This document shows positions 38,825 to 48,589 of a stretch of 64,000 nucleotides of DNA, piece after piece; position 1 is the stretch's first letter, and the number at the start of each line of letters is the position of its first letter. Origin of the DNA: an uncultured Chloroflexia bacterium (GTDB taxonomy: Bacteria; Chloroflexota; Anaerolineae; JAAYZQ01); assembly GCA_963700285.1 (NCBI GenBank), contig CAVOXA010000001.1, positions 608,001-672,000 on the forward strand, written 5' to 3'. Below the pieces are notes generated by a model. It worked only from the letters and a program-made list of their open reading frames with translations, was not told the origin of the DNA and did no database searches. Both the position numbers and the translations under genes were made by a program.

Positions 38825-41365
38825 ATGGACCCAGTGGAAGAGCGACTAGCAAGCTTTTATTTGGGACAGGTGCACGACCTGGTGCAGAATGAGACCCTCG
38901 ATCAAGTTGTGGACTATGATGCTCGCGACTTGACAACCCACGCCGTCTGCCTTGGCATGACCGGCAGTGGTAAAACGGGTCTGGGCGTGATCCTGCTGGA
39001 AGAGGCCGCCCTTGACGGCGTTCCATCTTTGGTCATCGATCCCAAGGGCGACATGACCAACTTGCTCCTGACCTTTCCCGACCTATTGACCGAAGATTTT
39101 CAACCCTGGATCAACCCCGACGACGCCCGGCGCAAGGACATGGATCAGGAGAGCTATGCGGCCAGCATGGCCAATCTCTGGCGCAAGGGGCTGGCTGAGA
39201 CGGGACAGGGCCCGGAGCGCATCCGCCGCCTCAAAGAGTCCGCGGATTTTGCCATCTATACGCCTGGCAGCAGCGCCGGCCGGCAGGTAAGCATCCTCCA
39301 CACGCTCAAAGCCCCTGACCTTTCCTGGGACATCGATTCGGAACTGCTGCGGGACAAGATTGAGAGCGTCGTCTCGGCTCTGTTGGGCCTGATTGGCATC
39401 GAGGCCGACCCGGTGCGCAGCCGCGAGCACATCCTGTTGTCCAACATCTTTGAAAACGCCTGGCGCGCTGGCGAGGACCTCGACCTGGCGCAACTGATCG
39501 TGCGCGTCCAGAAGCCGCCCTTCTCCCAGCTTGGCGTGTTTCCCGTGGATACCTTTTTCCCGGAGAAGGACCGCATGGAACTTGCTATGTTGCTCAACGG
39601 CCTGATGGCCTCCCCGGCCTTTGCCGATTGGATCCAGGGCCAGCCCCTGGACATTGATGGACTGCTGCATGGTACTTTGGGCAAGCCGCAGGTCAGTGTC
39701 TTGTACATCGCCCACCTCTCGGAGCCGGAGAAGCAGTTCTTTGTCACCCTGCTCCTGGAGCAGGTGGTGAGCTGGATGCGGGCCCAGAGCGGGACCACTA
39801 GCCTGCGGGCTCTGGTCTACATGGACGAGATGTTCGGCTACCTGCCGCCCCATCCCGACAACCCGCCTACCAAGAAACCGCTGCTCACCCTGCTCAAGCA
39901 GGCGCGCGCCTTTGGCCTGGGTCTGATCCTGGCCACCCAGAACCCGGTTGACCTGGACTACAAGGCCCTGTCCAATGCGGGGACCTGGTTTATCGGCCGT
40001 ATGCAGGCCGATCGCGACAAGCAGCGCCTGCTGGACGGGCTGGAGGGTGTGCAAGTGGGCAAGGGCGGCACCAGCCGCGCTGAGTTTGACCGCATGATCT
40101 CGGCCGTTCAATCGCGGGTGTTCCTGCTGCACAACGTCCACGAAGACGAACCAGTGGTATTCCACACCCGCTGGGCCATGAGCTACCTGCGCGGCCCGCT
40201 CACGCGTACCCAGATCCAGCAGCTCGTAGCTCAGCAGGCTGTGGCCCCGGCTGCTGCCGCGGCACAGCCCGCTGCACCCCGAACTCAAGCTTCTTCCATG
40301 TACGTTGCGCCGCCCCCGGCGCCACCGCCCGAGCCGGTGATCCCCTATGGCCAGGTGCCGCCCCAACTGCCCTCAGGTGTCACACAGGTATATCTCCCGG
40401 CGCGGGTTTCCTTTGAGGATGCCTTGGACAAGCTGGCCCGCGAGCAGCGCTGGTCAGCGCGTTCAGCGCAGGATGCCGAGGGATACCTGGTCTACGAACC
40501 CAATCTGGTGGGACTGGCCACACTCCGCTTCCCGCACACCAGGAGTCGCCAGACCGCATCCCGGGAAGTTGCCTACCTGCTGCCCGCGGAGGCTGATCTC
40601 GGTGGTCTGGACTGGTCGCGGGGCCAGGTGGTATTGGATATCAGTGACCTGGAGCGGAATGCAGAACCGGATGCTTATTTTGCCGAGCTGCCCGCCGATC
40701 TGGGCGGCCTCCGCAGTCTCAGTTCCTTCCAGAAAGACTTTGCCGACTATTTGTATCACAATTCGTCCATCGCGCTATTGTACAACCCCAAGCTCAGTCT
40801 CTATTCCAAGCTGGATGAGTCCGATGAGCAGTTTCAGATGCGATGCCGCCAGGCTGCCGAGAAGGCGCGTGATGCCGAGATCAAACGGCTCGAGGCCAAG
40901 TACGAGAGCAAGTTGGATACCTTGGAAAACCGGCTGGAGCGCGAGGAACGTGAACTGGAGGAGGATAAGGTCGAGCACAGCGCCCGCAAGCAGGAGGAAT
41001 TGTTGTCGGGTGCCGAATCGCTCTTTGGCATGTTCTCAGGACGCAAGTCATCGCAGCGTCTCTCCTCGGCCAGCCGCCGGCGACGCATGACCCGCCAGGC
41101 CAGAGCGGAGATCAAGGAATCAGAAGAAGCCATTGAGGAGCTGGAGAAGGAGATCGAGGAATTGGAGGCTGAGGCCAGGGGCGAGGTGGAAGAGGTCACC
41201 GCCCGATGGCAGACCTATCTCGAGGAAATGCAAGAAGAGGAGGTCCGGCCACGCCGCACTGATGTGCAGGTCAACGTCTTTGCCCTGGCCTGGCTGCCCC
41301 GCTGGGAGGTAGAGGTTGCAGGCCAAACTCTGACTGTCCCGGCCTTTGAAGCGGAGCCGGTATAG
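38825..41365 (+). CDS. HerA/DUF87-DUF853-like P-loop ATPase with a C-terminal coiled coil
   Basis: THAVCLGMTGSGKT, IDPKGD, YMDE, KQARAFG, ATQNP motifs. Confidence 0.85.
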   Translation: MDPVEERLASFYLGQVHDLVQNETLDQVVDYDARDLTTHAVCLGMTGSGKTGLGVILLEEAALDGVPSLVIDPKGDMTNLLLTFPDLLTEDFQPWINPDDARRKDMDQESYAASMANLWRKGLAETGQGPERIRRLKESADFAIYTPGSSAGRQVSILHTLKAPDLSWDIDSELLRDKIESVVSALLGLIGIEADPVRSREHILLSNIFENAWRAGEDLDLAQLIVRVQKPPFSQLGVFPVDTFFPEKDRMELAMLLNGLMASPAFADWIQGQPLDIDGLLHGTLGKPQVSVLYIAHLSEPEKQFFVTLLLEQVVSWMRAQSGTTSLRALVYMDEMFGYLPPHPDNPPTKKPLLTLLKQARAFGLGLILATQNPVDLDYKALSNAGTWFIGRMQADRDKQRLLDGLEGVQVGKGGTSRAEFDRMISAVQSRVFLLHNVHEDEPVVFHTRWAMSYLRGPLTRTQIQQLVAQQAVAPAAAAAQPAAPRTQASSMYVAPPPAPPPEPVIPYGQVPPQLPSGVTQVYLPARVSFEDALDKLAREQRWSARSAQDAEGYLVYEPNLVGLATLRFPHTRSRQTASREVAYLLPAEADLGGLDWSRGQVVLDISDLERNAEPDAYFAELPADLGGLRSLSSFQKDFADYLYHNSSIALLYNPKLSLYSKLDESDEQFQMRCRQAAEKARDAEIKRLEAKYESKLDTLENRLEREERELEEDKVEHSARKQEELLSGAESLFGMFSGRKSSQRLSSASRRRRMTRQARAEIKESEEAIEELEKEIEELEAEARGEVEEVTARWQTYLEEMQEEEVRPRRTDVQVNVFALAWLPRWEVEVAGQTLTVPAFEAEPV

Positions 41366-41553
41366 CCGGTTGCCCCGAGGTGCCAGTCATGGAGGCTGGA
41401 ACAACAGCGTAATCGCGAGCGACAATCGGTCAGGTCACTGCGAGTGTACCATGGCGTAAGATACCACAAGGGCAGGGACCTGGATGCCCGCGATGAAGGG
41501 CATAGACCTTTCCACCGGATATCAAACCAACAAGAAGGAGAACCAAACAAACC

Positions 41554-42540
41554 ATGCACTATCGTGAACTGGGACGTACCGGCTGGCAGGTTTCCGAGAT
41601 CAGCTTTGGCGCTTGGGCGATCGGCGGCAGTTGGGGCGCAACCGACGACGCCGAGTCGCTGGCTGCCCTGCACCAGGCGCTGGACCTGGGCGTCAATTTT
41701 ATCGATACGGCTGATGGTTATGGCAATGGCCGCAGCGAAAAGCTGATCGGCCAGGTGTTGCGCGAACGCAAGAGCGAACGCATATACGTGGCTACCAAGG
41801 CCGGACGGCGGTTGTCGCCCCACGTGGCCGAGGGCTACAACCGCGAGAACCTGACCGCCTTTGTCGAGCGCAGCCTGAGCAATCTGGGCGTGGAGACCCT
41901 GGATCTGCTTCAATTGCACTGCCCGCCCACCCAGGTCTTTTACGAGCCCGAGGTTTTTGGCGTGCTCGATGATCTTATGGCCGCAGGCAAGCTCCGGCAC
42001 TATGGCGTCAGCGTCGAAAAGGTAGAGGAGGCGCTCAAGGCCATCGAGTACCCCAGCGTCAAAACGGTGCAGATAATCTTTAACATGTTCCGCCACCGTC
42101 CGGCTGATCGCTTCTTCGCTCAGGCCAAGGAGCAGGGGATCGGCATTCTGGCCCGTGTGCCCCTGGCCAGCGGTCTGCTGACCGGCAAAATGCGGGCCGA
42201 CACGGCCTTCGAAGAGGACGACCACCGCTACTTCAACCGCCACGGCCAGTCCTTCGACGTCGGCGAGACCTTCGCTGGCGTGCCTTACGAGGTGGGTCTG
42301 GAGGCCGTTGAGGAGCTGCGGCCCCTGGTACCGGAGGGTGCCACTATGGCCCAGATGGCCTTGCGCTGGATCCTGATGTTCGACGCCGTTAGCTGCGCGA
42401 TCCCCGGCGCCAAGCGCCCGCAGCAGGCCGTTGAAAACATCGCTGCCAGCGACCTGCCGCCCCTGAGCAACGAGACCATGGCCGCCGTGGACGACATCTA
42501 CGATCGTCTGATCCGACCCTACGTCCACCAGCGCTGGTAG
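41554..42540 (+). CDS. Aldo/keto reductase
   Basis: FIDTADGYG, ATKAG, LQLH and IPGAK motifs. Confidence 0.95.
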   Translation: MHYRELGRTGWQVSEISFGAWAIGGSWGATDDAESLAALHQALDLGVNFIDTADGYGNGRSEKLIGQVLRERKSERIYVATKAGRRLSPHVAEGYNRENLTAFVERSLSNLGVETLDLLQLHCPPTQVFYEPEVFGVLDDLMAAGKLRHYGVSVEKVEEALKAIEYPSVKTVQIIFNMFRHRPADRFFAQAKEQGIGILARVPLASGLLTGKMRADTAFEEDDHRYFNRHGQSFDVGETFAGVPYEVGLEAVEELRPLVPEGATMAQMALRWILMFDAVSCAIPGAKRPQQAVENIAASDLPPLSNETMAAVDDIYDRLIRPYVHQRW

Positions 42541-42654
42541 GCTGCTCTGTCCCCTGAAGCACCGGGGCACTCCAAACTCAGAGAGGAGCGAGACATCCCC
42601 TGATGCTGAGCGGGGCCACTGGCATGAAGGCGTGCTCGCTCCTCGATCTGAGAG

Positions 42655-43583
42655 TCATCCCACATCCACCGGGGAGCGAGACACCCCCCCGGCGTAGACC
42701 ACGCCCCCGCTCTCCGCCAGGGCATAGACGTTGCTGCTGGCATTGGGGTCCCAGGCCGTGACCAGGCCCGTGCCGGCGTCCAGGGCGGCGATATAGTTGC
42801 GCGCCTGGCCGCCGATGGTGGTGAAACTCCCCCCGGCGTAGACCACGCCCCCGCTCTCCGCCAGGGCCTGGATGATGCTGTTGGCATTGGGGTCCCAGGC
42901 CGTGGCCAGCCCCGTGCCGCCGTCCAGGGCGGCGATGTAGTTGCGCGCCTGGCCGCCGATGGTGGTGAAAGCCCCCCCCGCGTAGACCGTGCCCCCGCTC
43001 ACCGCCAGGGCAAGGACGGGGCCGCTGGCGCTGGGGTCCCAGGCCGTGGCCAGCCCCGTGCCGGCGTCCAGGGCGGCGACGTAGTTGCGCCCCTGCCCGC
43101 CGATGGTGGTGAGCCCGCTCCCGCGTAGACCGTGCCCCCGCTCACTGCCAGGGCAAAAACTCCGTCATCGGCATTGGGGTCCCAGGCCGGGTCCACCGTA
43201 TAGTCGGGCAGGATGTGGGCGATGTTGTTGCGGGCCAGCCCGCCCACGTGGCTGAAGCTGCCGCCGATGTACCAGCCCCCGCTGCCATCGGGCACAACGA
43301 CATCGACCTCCGAGCTGGCGAATCCGGCGACGACTTTGGGGTACGTGGCTAGCGGGGAACCGCTGCCGCTGTCCAGGGGCACACCCGGGCCGGTGTTGGG
43401 CCCGACATAGTCAAAGTCTCCGCCAATATAGAGGGTGTTGCCCGAGACCAGCGTGGCAGAGACCAAGCCATCGGTGCCCCACAGGTCGGGCCGGATCGGC
43501 TCGTCGGCTTGGGCCGGCAGGGCCGACGCCAGAAACGCCAGCAGGACCAAGAAGCTGATGAACGTGCTCGCTCGCTGTGCCAT
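42655..43583 (-). pseudogene. Secreted beta-propeller repeat protein, frameshifted and C-terminally truncated
   Basis: Signal peptide; 48-aa repeats VYAGG.FTTIGGQARNYIAALD..WDPNA that break off mid-repeat at ~42690. Confidence 0.75.
42690..43190. repeat. About 3.5 tandem copies of a 144-bp coding repeat
   Basis: TAGACC(A/G)..CCCCCGCTC recurs at about 42695, 42839, 42983 and 43126. Confidence 0.85.
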
Positions 43584-43769
43584 TGTACCGCTCCTTTGTG
43601 ATGCGGCTCCGTTGAGGCAGCCTGGAACCGAGTTCAAGCAGGGATGCGCGGGTCGCTCCATGCAGGCGAGGGTCTGTCCCTCCTCCTCCCGCCGGCATGA
43701 GCCGGTTGGCCCAGCGCCAAAGAGTATATCATAGATCCTGCCGCGCGTCAATTGCGGGGGAAAAGCTTC

Positions 43770-44313
43770 AGGAAAGCGCGATGAAGCATGCCCTGAGCGA
43801 AGCCGAAGGGCGCGCACTACGAACAAGCCCCGCCCAGCACGCAACCGTTCGTAGCCGGCGATTTATCTCCATGTCCACAACTCCCTCGCTCCCACCATTC
43901 CTCGGCTCCTCCCACAGGGCTGATGTAGGACAAACACTGACAGGCATGCGAGCCCTTCGCCTACAACGGGATCAGACTACCACCGATAGACTTGAGCATA
44001 CCAAAGGTGTACAATCTTGAGTACTGGAAAAGCTCAAGGTCTACTAATGACACCGATCCTGTCACTGCGAGGCCCGCCGTTTGGGCCGAGGCACCGCCAC
44101 GAGACCTCGCAGTGACAGTCTCCACTTGTGTAGTTGGGGATTGCTTCACTCCGGCAAAAAGCGCCTCCGCTCGCAATGACGAGGTCAGGTGTCATTCCAT
44201 TTAGAGTGGCGCCCCGCGCCATGGAACACTCGCGAGGACAGGGCCGGACAAAGTTCGCAACCTAAAAGTTTATGAATACTACTTGAGGAGGGTACTATGT
44301 TCAAAAAGACTAG
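43770..44313 (+). repeat. Duplicate copy of the leader and first codons of the CSLREA gene
   Basis: 43850-44047 matches 46706-46903; 44198-44313 matches 48491-48606 (1 mismatch seen), including the RBS and ATG TTC AAA AAG ACT AG. Confidence 0.95.
44044..44201. mobile_element. 158-bp non-autonomous palindromic element (MITE-like) at the IS110 insertion site
   Basis: Sub-terminal IR AATGACACC (44046-54) / GGTGTCATT (44188-96); internal GTCACTGCGAG/CTCGCAATGAC REP-like arms; same flanks as the IS110. Confidence 0.7.
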
Positions 44314-44524
44314 TACAACCTCTTCAAAGAGATTTTGATATAATCGGATAGAGCCGCTTGAGCTTATTGCGAGCGTCAATGGACGTGAACTGCCAATTCA
44401 CAGTTGCTTGCTGCCCATTGCGTATTGCTTCCCAGGCGGCAATCTCGCGGCACAACGTATCTTCGTCGGGGATACGGTCCGCCAGGCATTGTTCGCACAA
44501 GACGCCAATCTCTATCTCGACCAT
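44313..44524 (-). mobile_element. IS630 family 3' remnant inserted at TA in codons 5-6 of the duplicated gene
   Basis: MVEIEIGVL..QCL..RI...W...RN.....VNWQFT..DAR.KLKRLYP C-terminus; ends at CTAG. Confidence 0.85.
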
Positions 44525-45781
44525 TGTAGTGACCCCCAAAAACTGGACAGGTGCGATAGTTAATGTACAATCAGTCCAGGAAAGGGGAAACCGAATGGCA
44601 AAGCGACGAAACTTCAAGCCGGAGTTCAAAGCCCGCCTCGTGCTCGAAGAGCTGACCGGCGCCAAGACCATGGCCGAGATCTGCCGGGAGCACCAACTGA
44701 GCGCGCCCGTCTTCTCTCGCTGGAAAGCCGAGTTCCTGAAACGGGCACCCGAGATCTTTGCGACGGAACCGAGCCGCGGCGACGAGCAGCAGCGTATCGC
44801 CGAGCTGGAACGGATGGTCGGGCGATTGACGATGGAGCTGGAAGCGGCAAAAAAAGCCTCGAGCATCTTGACCTCTCACTTGAGCGGAAACGGCAGGTGA
44901 TCCACATGCTGGCCGACGACTATTCTGTGAGCCTGCTGTGCGAGCTGCTCGGGTGTCCCAGGAGCAGCTACTACTACCAACCCAAGCTGCAAGACGAGAC
45001 CGAGGTCAAGAGCGCTATCGAGGATGTGGCGATCGAATGGCCGACCTACGGCTACCGCCGAGTCACCAAACAACTGCATCGCAACGGACGGGACGTCAAC
45101 CACAAACGGGTGCAGCGTCTGATGCGTGAGATGGGACTGCAGGTCAAAACCAAGCGAAAAGCCCGGAAAACGACCAATAGCGAGCACGATTTCCCACGCT
45201 ATCCGAACCTGGTCCAGGACATGGAGATCGTGCTACCCCGATCAGGTCTGGGTGTCCGACATCACCTACATCCGCTTGCGCGACGAGTTCGTGTACCTGG
45301 CCGTGATCATGGACGTGTTCACGCGCAGCATTCGTGGCTGGCACCTGGGACGCAGCCTCGACCAGACGTTGACCCTGATCGCCCTGGACCGCGCGCTGGC
45401 CGGCCACGCACCAGAGATTCACCACTCGGACCAGGGTATCCAGTACGCGGCCACAGCCTACATCCAGATGCTTCGAGCCGCTCGGCGCCGAGATCAGCAT
45501 GGCCGAGATCGGCGAGGCCTGGCAGAACGGCTACGCCGAGCGGCTCATCCGCACGATCAAAGAGGAGGAGGTTGACCTGTCGGAGTACGAGTGCTATACT
45601 GATGCTGTCTCCCAGCTGGGCCGATTCCTGAACGACGTCTACATGCACAAGCGGATCCACTCCTCGCTGGGCTATCTCACGCCAGCCGAGTTCGAGGAAC
45701 AGTGGCGCCGTGGGCGTGAGCAGCCTCTCGATGTTAACTAAAAACGGCTCCAAAAGTGTCCAGTTTCATGGGGTCACCGCA
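44525..45781 (+). mobile_element. IS3 family element (orfA 44595-44900, orfB to 45741)
   Basis: TIRs TGTAGTGACCCC..AACTGGACA / TGTCCAGTTT..GGGGTCACCGCA; A7G slippery site; DITY, HHSDQG and ER..RTIKEE motifs; two extra indels; no target duplication. Confidence 0.93.
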
Positions 45782-46576
45782 GTGCCCACCAGATGCACAC
45801 GGTGCGGCGTTGGAGGAAAGACCACTACGAGCAATGGCGCTACCACTGGGTGGTGCAGGTGCCAATCCGCGCGGGAGCCAAGGCGGTGCGAGTCAACTGG
45901 TGTGAAGTGACCGTTGTTCGCGAAGACAGCGGTGAGCAGGTCTATTACAATACCTGGATCACCAGTCATGATCTGAACACCAAGACCATCGAGGAAGTGG
46001 CGGATGCCGGGCGTACCCGCTGGAAGGTGGAGAACGAGGGATTCAATGTGCTCAAGAACCAAGGCTATCAGTTCGAGCACAACTTTGGCCACGGTCACCA
46101 GCACCTGTCGACGGTGTTACTGACGATGTTGTTTCTGGCTTTTCTCTTCCACACCGTGCTACATCTGACCAGTCGACTGTACGAGGCGCTTCGACAGGCC
46201 ATCGGCGCGCGGCGCGAGTTCTTCAACGACCTGCGTGCGCTGACCTGCTACCTCTACTTCCCCGGTTGGGACGAGATGCTGACCTTCATGGCCATCAAAC
46301 AAGAAGTGGCACTGAGCTGACCTAGTTCTCCTCGCCATCGTTTTGCCTTGGCGGTGCTGCTCCTCAAGCAGGCCACGACTTGAGGGCCGATATCCCCTGC
46401 TGGCTGCACTCTTACTCGCCTAGGCATCTTCGCTGCTCGGCTCCCTCGCCTCCTGCGGCGACCCACCTCGACTCCGCTTCGCCAGCTTACGGCAACGCCA
46501 TCTGCCATCCAAGTCGCCGGGACTACGCCTCGGTTCCCGTGTCAAACTCTCTACTCACCTAAAATAAGAATTGCTG
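45782..46576 (+). mobile_element. 3' remnant of an ISNCY/IS4-like transposase with its right end
   Basis: RWKVENEGFNVLKNQGYQFEHNFGHG motif (ORF ends 46320); end sequence AAAATAAGAATTGCTG. Confidence 0.8.
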
Positions 46577-46594
46577 TCACAAAGCCACTATGGC

Positions 46595-46623
46595 TTGACA
46601 AGGTGCAACGGTTATGGTATAAT
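46595..46623 (+). promoter_or_regulatory. Consensus sigma70 promoter
   Basis: TTGACA-17-TATAAT with TGn extension. Confidence 0.75.
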
Positions 46624-46899
46624 GTAAAGTGTAAAAGGTGGACAGCGCCTCAGAAAGCGCGTGAATCGCGCGCTACGAACAGGCCCCACCCAGAGCGCAA
46701 CTGTCCGTAGCCGGCGATTTATCTCCATGTCCACAACTCCCTCGCTCCCACCATTCCTCGGCTCCTCCCACAGGGCTGATGTAGGACAAACACTGACAGG
46801 CATGCGAGCCCTTCGCCTACAACGGGATCAGACTACCACCGATAGACTTGAGCATACCAAAGGTGTACAATCTTGAGTACTGGAAAAGCTCAAGGTCTA

Positions 46900-48303
46900 C
46901 TAAGAAACCGTGGTTGAAGGTGCATGGTTGGGTATCAATTCGAATCCCATGGCAGCCGCCTTGCGCTTGAGGCTACGTACAACTCGATCGCGATACTGCT
47001 GTTCATAGTAGGAGACGCCAGGATCAGTGTAGGCCGTGCGGTTCTTTAACATGAAGTAGACAATCCGCGCAAGTTTGTGAGCAGTAGCTGTGAGGGCTTT
47101 GGCCGGACCCTGCCTCGCCTTCATGCGGCGGTAGAATGCGCCAACTGCACACTGGCTTCGGCTCAGGCTCTGAGCAGCCAGCCTGAATGCCAGATTGGCT
47201 CTGTTCTTGGTCTTCTTGGTGCGCCTGCGCAGTACCTTTCCGCCTGACGTATCGTTGTGGGGAGATAGACCTAGCCAAGAAGTGAAGTGCTTTACAGTGG
47301 GCCAAGCACTCACATCTGTGCCAATCTCGGTGATGATCGACTGGGCCGTCAGGGCATCAATGCCATCAATGGCAGTCAGGTCTACACCCACGACCTGATA
47401 GAGCGAAGCTGCTAGGTCAAAGTGGGCTTGGTTCTTGCGCGGCTTGCCCCTCTTTGGCTTAGGTGGCGGAGAAACCAGATCCTCTGGATCGGAGGGAGCC
47501 ATAGCAGCGTACATTGCCTCCATCTCTGTGTCACACTCCTGAAGCTGTTGCTGGTAGAAGTCGTATTGAGCCACCGCCTGCTTTAGGACAAACACGTGTT
47601 CCTGCTTGTAGTTGCCGTCCAGAGCCTTGGCAATCTGTTCTTCACTCTTGGCACAGCCTGGCTGTCGAAGCTCAGCCAGCTGGTGAGGGTCTCGCTCTCC
47701 AGCCACAATGGCGCGGATGATGCTCAGACCTGTCACACCGGTGATATCAGTGACAACCTGGCTTAGCTTCACATTCATCAGCTGCATGGCTTTCTGCATG
47801 TGCTGGATATGGGCAGAACGATACCGAATCAAGTTGTCCCGATGTCTGGCCAGCGCTCGTAGAGCGCATATCTCTTCAGGGGGCCGGAACGAGGCACGCA
47901 ACAGACCGTATGTGTGCAACTGCTGAATCCACTGAGAATCGTGGATGTCTGACTTCCGCCCAGGCACGTTCTTGACATGGCGGGCATTGACCAGGTAGAC
48001 TTCAAAGCCTCGGGCCTCGAGGATCTCGAAAACTGGGATCCAATAGATGCCTGTGGATTCCATCGCTACTGTGTCAATCTTGCAGGCCGTCAACCAGTCG
48101 GCTAACTCGTGCAAGTCAACAGTGAAGGTGGGAAAGACCCGCACCCGGTGTTCGTCCCGGCCACCTGGGACACAAGCGTAGATGTCCTCTGGATGAATAT
48201 CTAGTCCAGCAGCATTGAGATTAATCTGCTCCAGGACATCAAAGTCCGGAGCCTTCACAGCCGATTTCCTGCGTTTGGCCATTTTGGGGTGACTCCTACT
48301 CAT
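46900..48303 (-). CDS. IS110 DEDD recombinase/transposase
   Basis: GLDIH, MESTGIYW, RKSD..D motifs; C-terminal SWLGLSP...SGG serine motif; A.TATAHKLAR. Confidence 0.96.
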   Translation of the reverse strand: MSRSHPKMAKRRKSAVKAPDFDVLEQINLNAAGLDIHPEDIYACVPGGRDEHRVRVFPTFTVDLHELADWLTACKIDTVAMESTGIYWIPVFEILEARGFEVYLVNARHVKNVPGRKSDIHDSQWIQQLHTYGLLRASFRPPEEICALRALARHRDNLIRYRSAHIQHMQKAMQLMNVKLSQVVTDITGVTGLSIIRAIVAGERDPHQLAELRQPGCAKSEEQIAKALDGNYKQEHVFVLKQAVAQYDFYQQQLQECDTEMEAMYAAMAPSDPEDLVSPPPKPKRGKPRKNQAHFDLAASLYQVVGVDLTAIDGIDALTAQSIITEIGTDVSAWPTVKHFTSWLGLSPHNDTSGGKVLRRRTKKTKNRANLAFRLAAQSLSRSQCAVGAFYRRMKARQGPAKALTATAHKLARIVYFMLKNRTAYTDPGVSYYEQQYRDRVVRSLKRKAAAMGFELIPNHAPSTTVS

Positions 48304-48310
48304 AGATTAG

Positions 48311-48456
48311 GTGTTCAGACCCGACTATCCATCGCCAACGTAGGCTACTAAACGGGGTCCAAAGGCCACCAATGATCAAGCCACCGATAGTCGGAACCAC
48401 ACTCGCGAACGGGCACTTGCGCACCATTGCCTCGACGGTCTTTGCTGTCTGAACAC
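48311..48456 (-). ncRNA. Putative IS110 bridge RNA
   Basis: TATAAT just upstream; closing stem GTGTTCAGAC/GTCTGAACAC and inner stem CCGACTATC/GATAGTCGG enclosing two loop-rich arms. Confidence 0.6.
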
Positions 48457-48589
48457 TGTATTATACACTGAAGCGCAAGTAGGTTTCTTACATTTAGAGT
48501 GGCGCCCCGCGCCATGGAACACTCGCGAGGACAGGGCCGGACAAAGTTCGAAACCTAAAAGTTTATGAATACTACTTGAGGAGGGTACT

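Larger units (their letters stand above)
46900..48494 (-). mobile_element. IS110 family element
   Basis: Intact transposase; sub-terminal IR TAAGAAACC (46901-09) / GGTTTCTTA (48482-90); ~190-bp upstream non-coding end; boundaries defined by comparison with the duplicated locus. Confidence 0.9.

Noticed and set aside
42690-43190. Possible CRISPR array
   Set aside because: The 144-bp units are coding repeats without unique spacers, and there are no cas genes
44040-44205. Integron attC site
   Set aside because: Lacks RYYYAAC/GTTRRRY boxes; no integrase or cassette array
48510-48580. Resemblance to a c-di-GMP-I riboswitch (GGAACAC..GGCCG..CAAAG..CCTAA..TATG), also present at ~44220-44290
   Set aside because: The P2 stem and GAAA tetraloop are missing and P3 pairing is poor; would need cmscan
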